From assembly GCA_010093605.1 (NCBI GenBank), contig MU004184.1, positions 940,801 through 1,004,800 of the forward strand: DNA of 64,000 nt, read 5' to 3'. The position numbers and the translations under genes are program-made. This stretch comes from Lophium mytilinum. Its lineage: Eukaryota. Shown piece after piece: positions 60,564 through 64,000 of this stretch. The stretch's first letter is position 1, and each line of letters opens with the position of its first letter. Below the pieces are notes generated by a model. It ran no database searches, was not told the DNA's origin, and was given only the letters and a program-made list of their open reading frames with translations.

Positions 60564-61636
60564 ATCTGCTAGGTGACGGTGAGCCTGTGAGGACTGCTTG
60601 GTGGTGAATACCGTGTATGCATCTAGAAATTTCATCCATAATTCAATACCAAGCACTATGAGAATCTACTATGTTGCGTGTACTGGGTTGAAGTTCGTTC
60701 GACACACCGGGATAGATGGAGACACTCGTTCATTGCTGCAGCGATGGGAGACACATGAGAACGTGGTGGATAGCTTCATGGATATTGGCAATATTGGCGT
60801 ACTGTCGCGATGACGGGCGACGAGAACGTCATATAGGTAATAAGTATGCCTTCGAAACGAACAAAAAGCCGCCAACAAGCGTGTATAAACTTTGAGTTGA
60901 TAGAAAGTTGTATGAACTATGGTAGAGCATGGAGGCAGGGGTATTCAGGTCGATGCCAAGAAGCACAGACGTTCGTATCGACGACTGTGTGGAAAGTAGC
61001 TGCACTCATCAACGCCATCACAGCACCGGATAATGACATCTTCAAGGCGATGCGGCCCTTTTCATCTGCGTTCTCGAGCTCTAGTAGTCCTTAAGTATCG
61101 TCAGAATGCCTTTCGATGTATGGCGAACGGATACTGGCGCCCTAGGCACACCTCGTCACTCTATGTCATGCTCCGAGGGGAGGGACTTATAGAAATGCCT
61201 CGTCCCAGACGACCCTTGATGCTTGATTGACTACCATGTAGCCTGTAGCTAACTAGAGCTTTAGTACTGATCATCGCAGTGTGCTTATCCAGAGTAGTAC
61301 CACCTCGTCCGAGCAGACATTGATAGCCTTCCTACATTACACCCTGCACCTCTCCCTACGATGCTTCCGTACAGGCAATCCTCGAGATGTGTAAAATCGA
61401 CACTACAGCTACGCCGTCTGCATCGACGCGCCCCCCTCTATTGCGAACACGGACCTGAGGAGGCCTCCTCTTGACAGCGTGACGTCAAGGCTCGTCACCA
61501 GACATATTCCACACCTTCCGTATATTTCCCGTCATTGAACCCGACCACCTGCGCTTCAACCTCACCCAGGCACAGAATTCCTCTCCTTCGACCACACCTC
61601 AACCCTCTCCCCGCCACTCGAGCCAACTATTCCACA

Positions 61637-62609
61637 ATGTCGAACAACCCGGAGTTCCAGCTCAGCGAAGTGTTCAATGTCAAGGACAAGGTGGCCCTTG
61701 TTACGGGCGGTGGCTCTGGCATTGGGCTGATGTGCACACAAGCTCTCGCGGTCAATGGTGCAAAGGTCTATATCGTTGGCCGGACCGAGGAGAAGCTGGA
61801 CAGGGTAGCGGAGGTTCATGGAAAAGACATTGCAGGAGAGATCATCCCTATTGTCGGCGACGTGACTGACAAGGACGACGTGAGGTAAAGATACCTCTTG
61901 GTCCTTGGATATCGAGCAGCAACTCACCGAAAGTATAGGAAGCTTGTCGAGGAGATTGAGAAGCGGGAGAAATGCCTCTGCATCCTGGTCAACAATGCTG
62001 GCATCGCGGCTGAGAAGACAAGCGTTGAGGGCAAGGACGCTGAGGAGGTTCGCAAGAATCTCTTCGATCCTACCACGTAAGCAGACTTGACCCCATCATA
62101 TGAGTCTCTGCTAACAAGGTCCCAGAGTCGAGGAGTGGACTTCCATCTACGCGACCAATGTGGTCGGGCCTTACCTAATGACTACTGCCTTTCTCCCACT
62201 GCTCCAGAAATCGACCGACCTCCACAAAGGGTACTCTGGCTGTGTCATCAACATCACGAGCATATCCGGCCTCGTCCGCATCTCGCAGGGCCATTTCTCC
62301 TACAACGCGAGCAAGGGCGCTGAGATACACCTCAACAAGATGCTCGCTACCGAAATCGCAAAGGCTGGTCTCAAGATTCGCATTAACAGCATCGCACCTG
62401 GCGTGTTCCCAAGCGAGATGACAACGCAGGAGAGCAAGGACAACCAGAAGAGCGAGATGCCAAAGGAGCATAAAGGAATGCTGCCTTCCCAGCGACCAGG
62501 CAACGATCGAGACATGGCTGCTGCTATCCTCTTCGCTGCTAGCTGCCAATACCTCAATGGGCAGACTATTCCTGTTGACGGCGGCTATTTGATCCAGGTG
62601 GGACAGTAA
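61637..62609 (+). CDS. Short-chain dehydrogenase/reductase, 3 exons
   Basis: VALVTGGGSGIG, LVNNAG, VINITSISG, YNASK, IRINSIAPGVFPSEM, YLNGQTIPVDGG. Confidence 0.92.
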
Positions 62610-63719
62610 GCGGAGTCGGTCAGTTGCCAATGTGGAGCCGAAGGTTGAACAATTCATTGGTCAGCTACCAACGTGGGGCCCGTAGCTTGAATAACGTTAT
62701 TCCTCTCAAACGGGGGTACTAGGGACAAAAGCTATGTATGGCGCACTGGGCCTGTAGATTCACAGAATGAACAGTATTCTGCCTGAATTGAAACTTGTTT
62801 ACATTGTATGCTTATGGCTAGTGCACCGTTTGTTTCTCGTTCCCCAATTTTGAGTGTACGGGCATATGTTGAAGCAGCCACGTGATGTTGTTGTCTAATT
62901 AAGATGAAAGTATAGCCGACCCCCCTCGGCAGCTTTAGTTTCTCTCTAGAGTCCTTCGAATCCTTCCATAGGCAAAAGCAAATCCATGAAACAGCGTCGA
63001 CTGATCCCTCGGATTGGTCGTTCGAGAAGGTCCATAACTCGCGCCCTCTTCTAACCTTACGATGGTTTGCAGGCTTCTACGCTTTCGCAACGTGCAGTTT
63101 TTCGACAGTTCGAGCCCCAATAGTTCATATTATTGTACACGAGTAAGGGAAGTAGAGTTTTCTCGTGAACTCAATCTGGCCTGCTAACCCCAGCACATCC
63201 CCCTCACTCCGCCCCTGATGCACTTTTAGCGTACCAGCGATTCGGGATCGACCGTCCCGTGCTGACGGATGTTGGAAAAGGTTCCCCGCGTCCTTTAGGC
63301 CTCTCTACGGTGACTACACTACGCAGTCTTGTCAGTCAATTTGAGCATAGACAGAGGTGTAGATAAGCCATGCATTGAATTCTGCATTGGAGATATCCAA
63401 GACGCAGGCGCGGGCTGTACAGGATCGACTTCGTTCTTGGCACTCGGTTTCAGTCAGCGCATGGGCGTCATATCGACCTGGTCTCGGCCTTCCTGTGGCG
63501 CAAGACGGCAACACTTGCACCTCAGCTCAGGACGACGAAACCCTCCTTTGTTTTTAACTCCAGCACGCCCAAGGCACCAATCGTCACCGCAAGTCTCTGG
63601 CCAAGGATCCCAAGCTCTTCTACGAAGCAGATTTCGTTTCTTCAGTTTTCAGCTTCGCAAATGCACTTTGATCGACCGGGAGTGGCCCTCTGAACGCCCT
63701 TGTCCATGTTGCCACTCTC

Positions 63720-64000
63720 ATGGGATTGCCGATGCGTGGACAGTCCATGGCCTCCATGGAGACTCCCGACGATCTTCAGTTGCTTACAGCATTCTTCGAT
63801 CATGATGAAAGACCTACAGTGGTTGTCACTCGATCTCTCGAGCAAGCCGGCGGCGCCGTTTGTCCTTCAATTGCGTACTACAACGAAGCTTTCCGTGGCC
63901 ATTTCAGTATTGCCTCCTCCGAGGGAATCAACACTACAGCCTTGGAGTCCGGATTCAGAGAACTGGCCACCAACCCAGCTACATGGGCCTCTATCAAAGA
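63720..64000 (+). CDS. 5' part of a gene truncated by the window end; resembles N-termini of fungal hybrid histidine kinases
   Basis: Open frame to the window end: LLTAFFDHDERPTVVV..IAYYNEAF. Family call rests on pattern recall only. Confidence 0.4.
   Translation, partial: MGLPMRGQSMASMETPDDLQLLTAFFDHDERPTVVVTRSLEQAGGAVCPSIAYYNEAFRGHFSIASSEGINTTALESGFRELATNPATWASIK

Overview
Gene-dense euchromatic segment of a filamentous ascomycete (Pezizomycotina) genome with short GT-AG introns. It carries about 20 protein-coding genes: GliK-like cyclotransferase, PIP5K-like protein, ferric reductase, RID/Masc1-type DNA methyltransferase, ADE4, TRI12-family MFS transporter, a divergent methylisocitrate lyase/methylcitrate synthase pair, New1/Elf1 ABC-F protein, oxidoreductases, a likely pseudokinase, RING and PHD-like proteins, dienelactone hydrolase, a Zn2Cys6 factor and EthD. 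It also has one intron-containing tRNA-Lys(UUU), a probable intronic box C/D snoRNA in the ADE4 leader and two nested MITEs. The most unusual signal is a pair of apparently non-coding arrays (about 24.0-27.0 kb and 31.6-34.7 kb) flanking the methylcitrate genes. They contain about 15 related CACGTG+TATA promoter modules in strictly alternating orientation, with divergent TATAs about 150 bp apart and convergent TATAs about 570-715 bp apart. I infer, but cannot prove, that these arrays produce convergent non-coding RNA and possibly dsRNA/small RNA. All calls come from reading the sequence by eye; no database searches were run.
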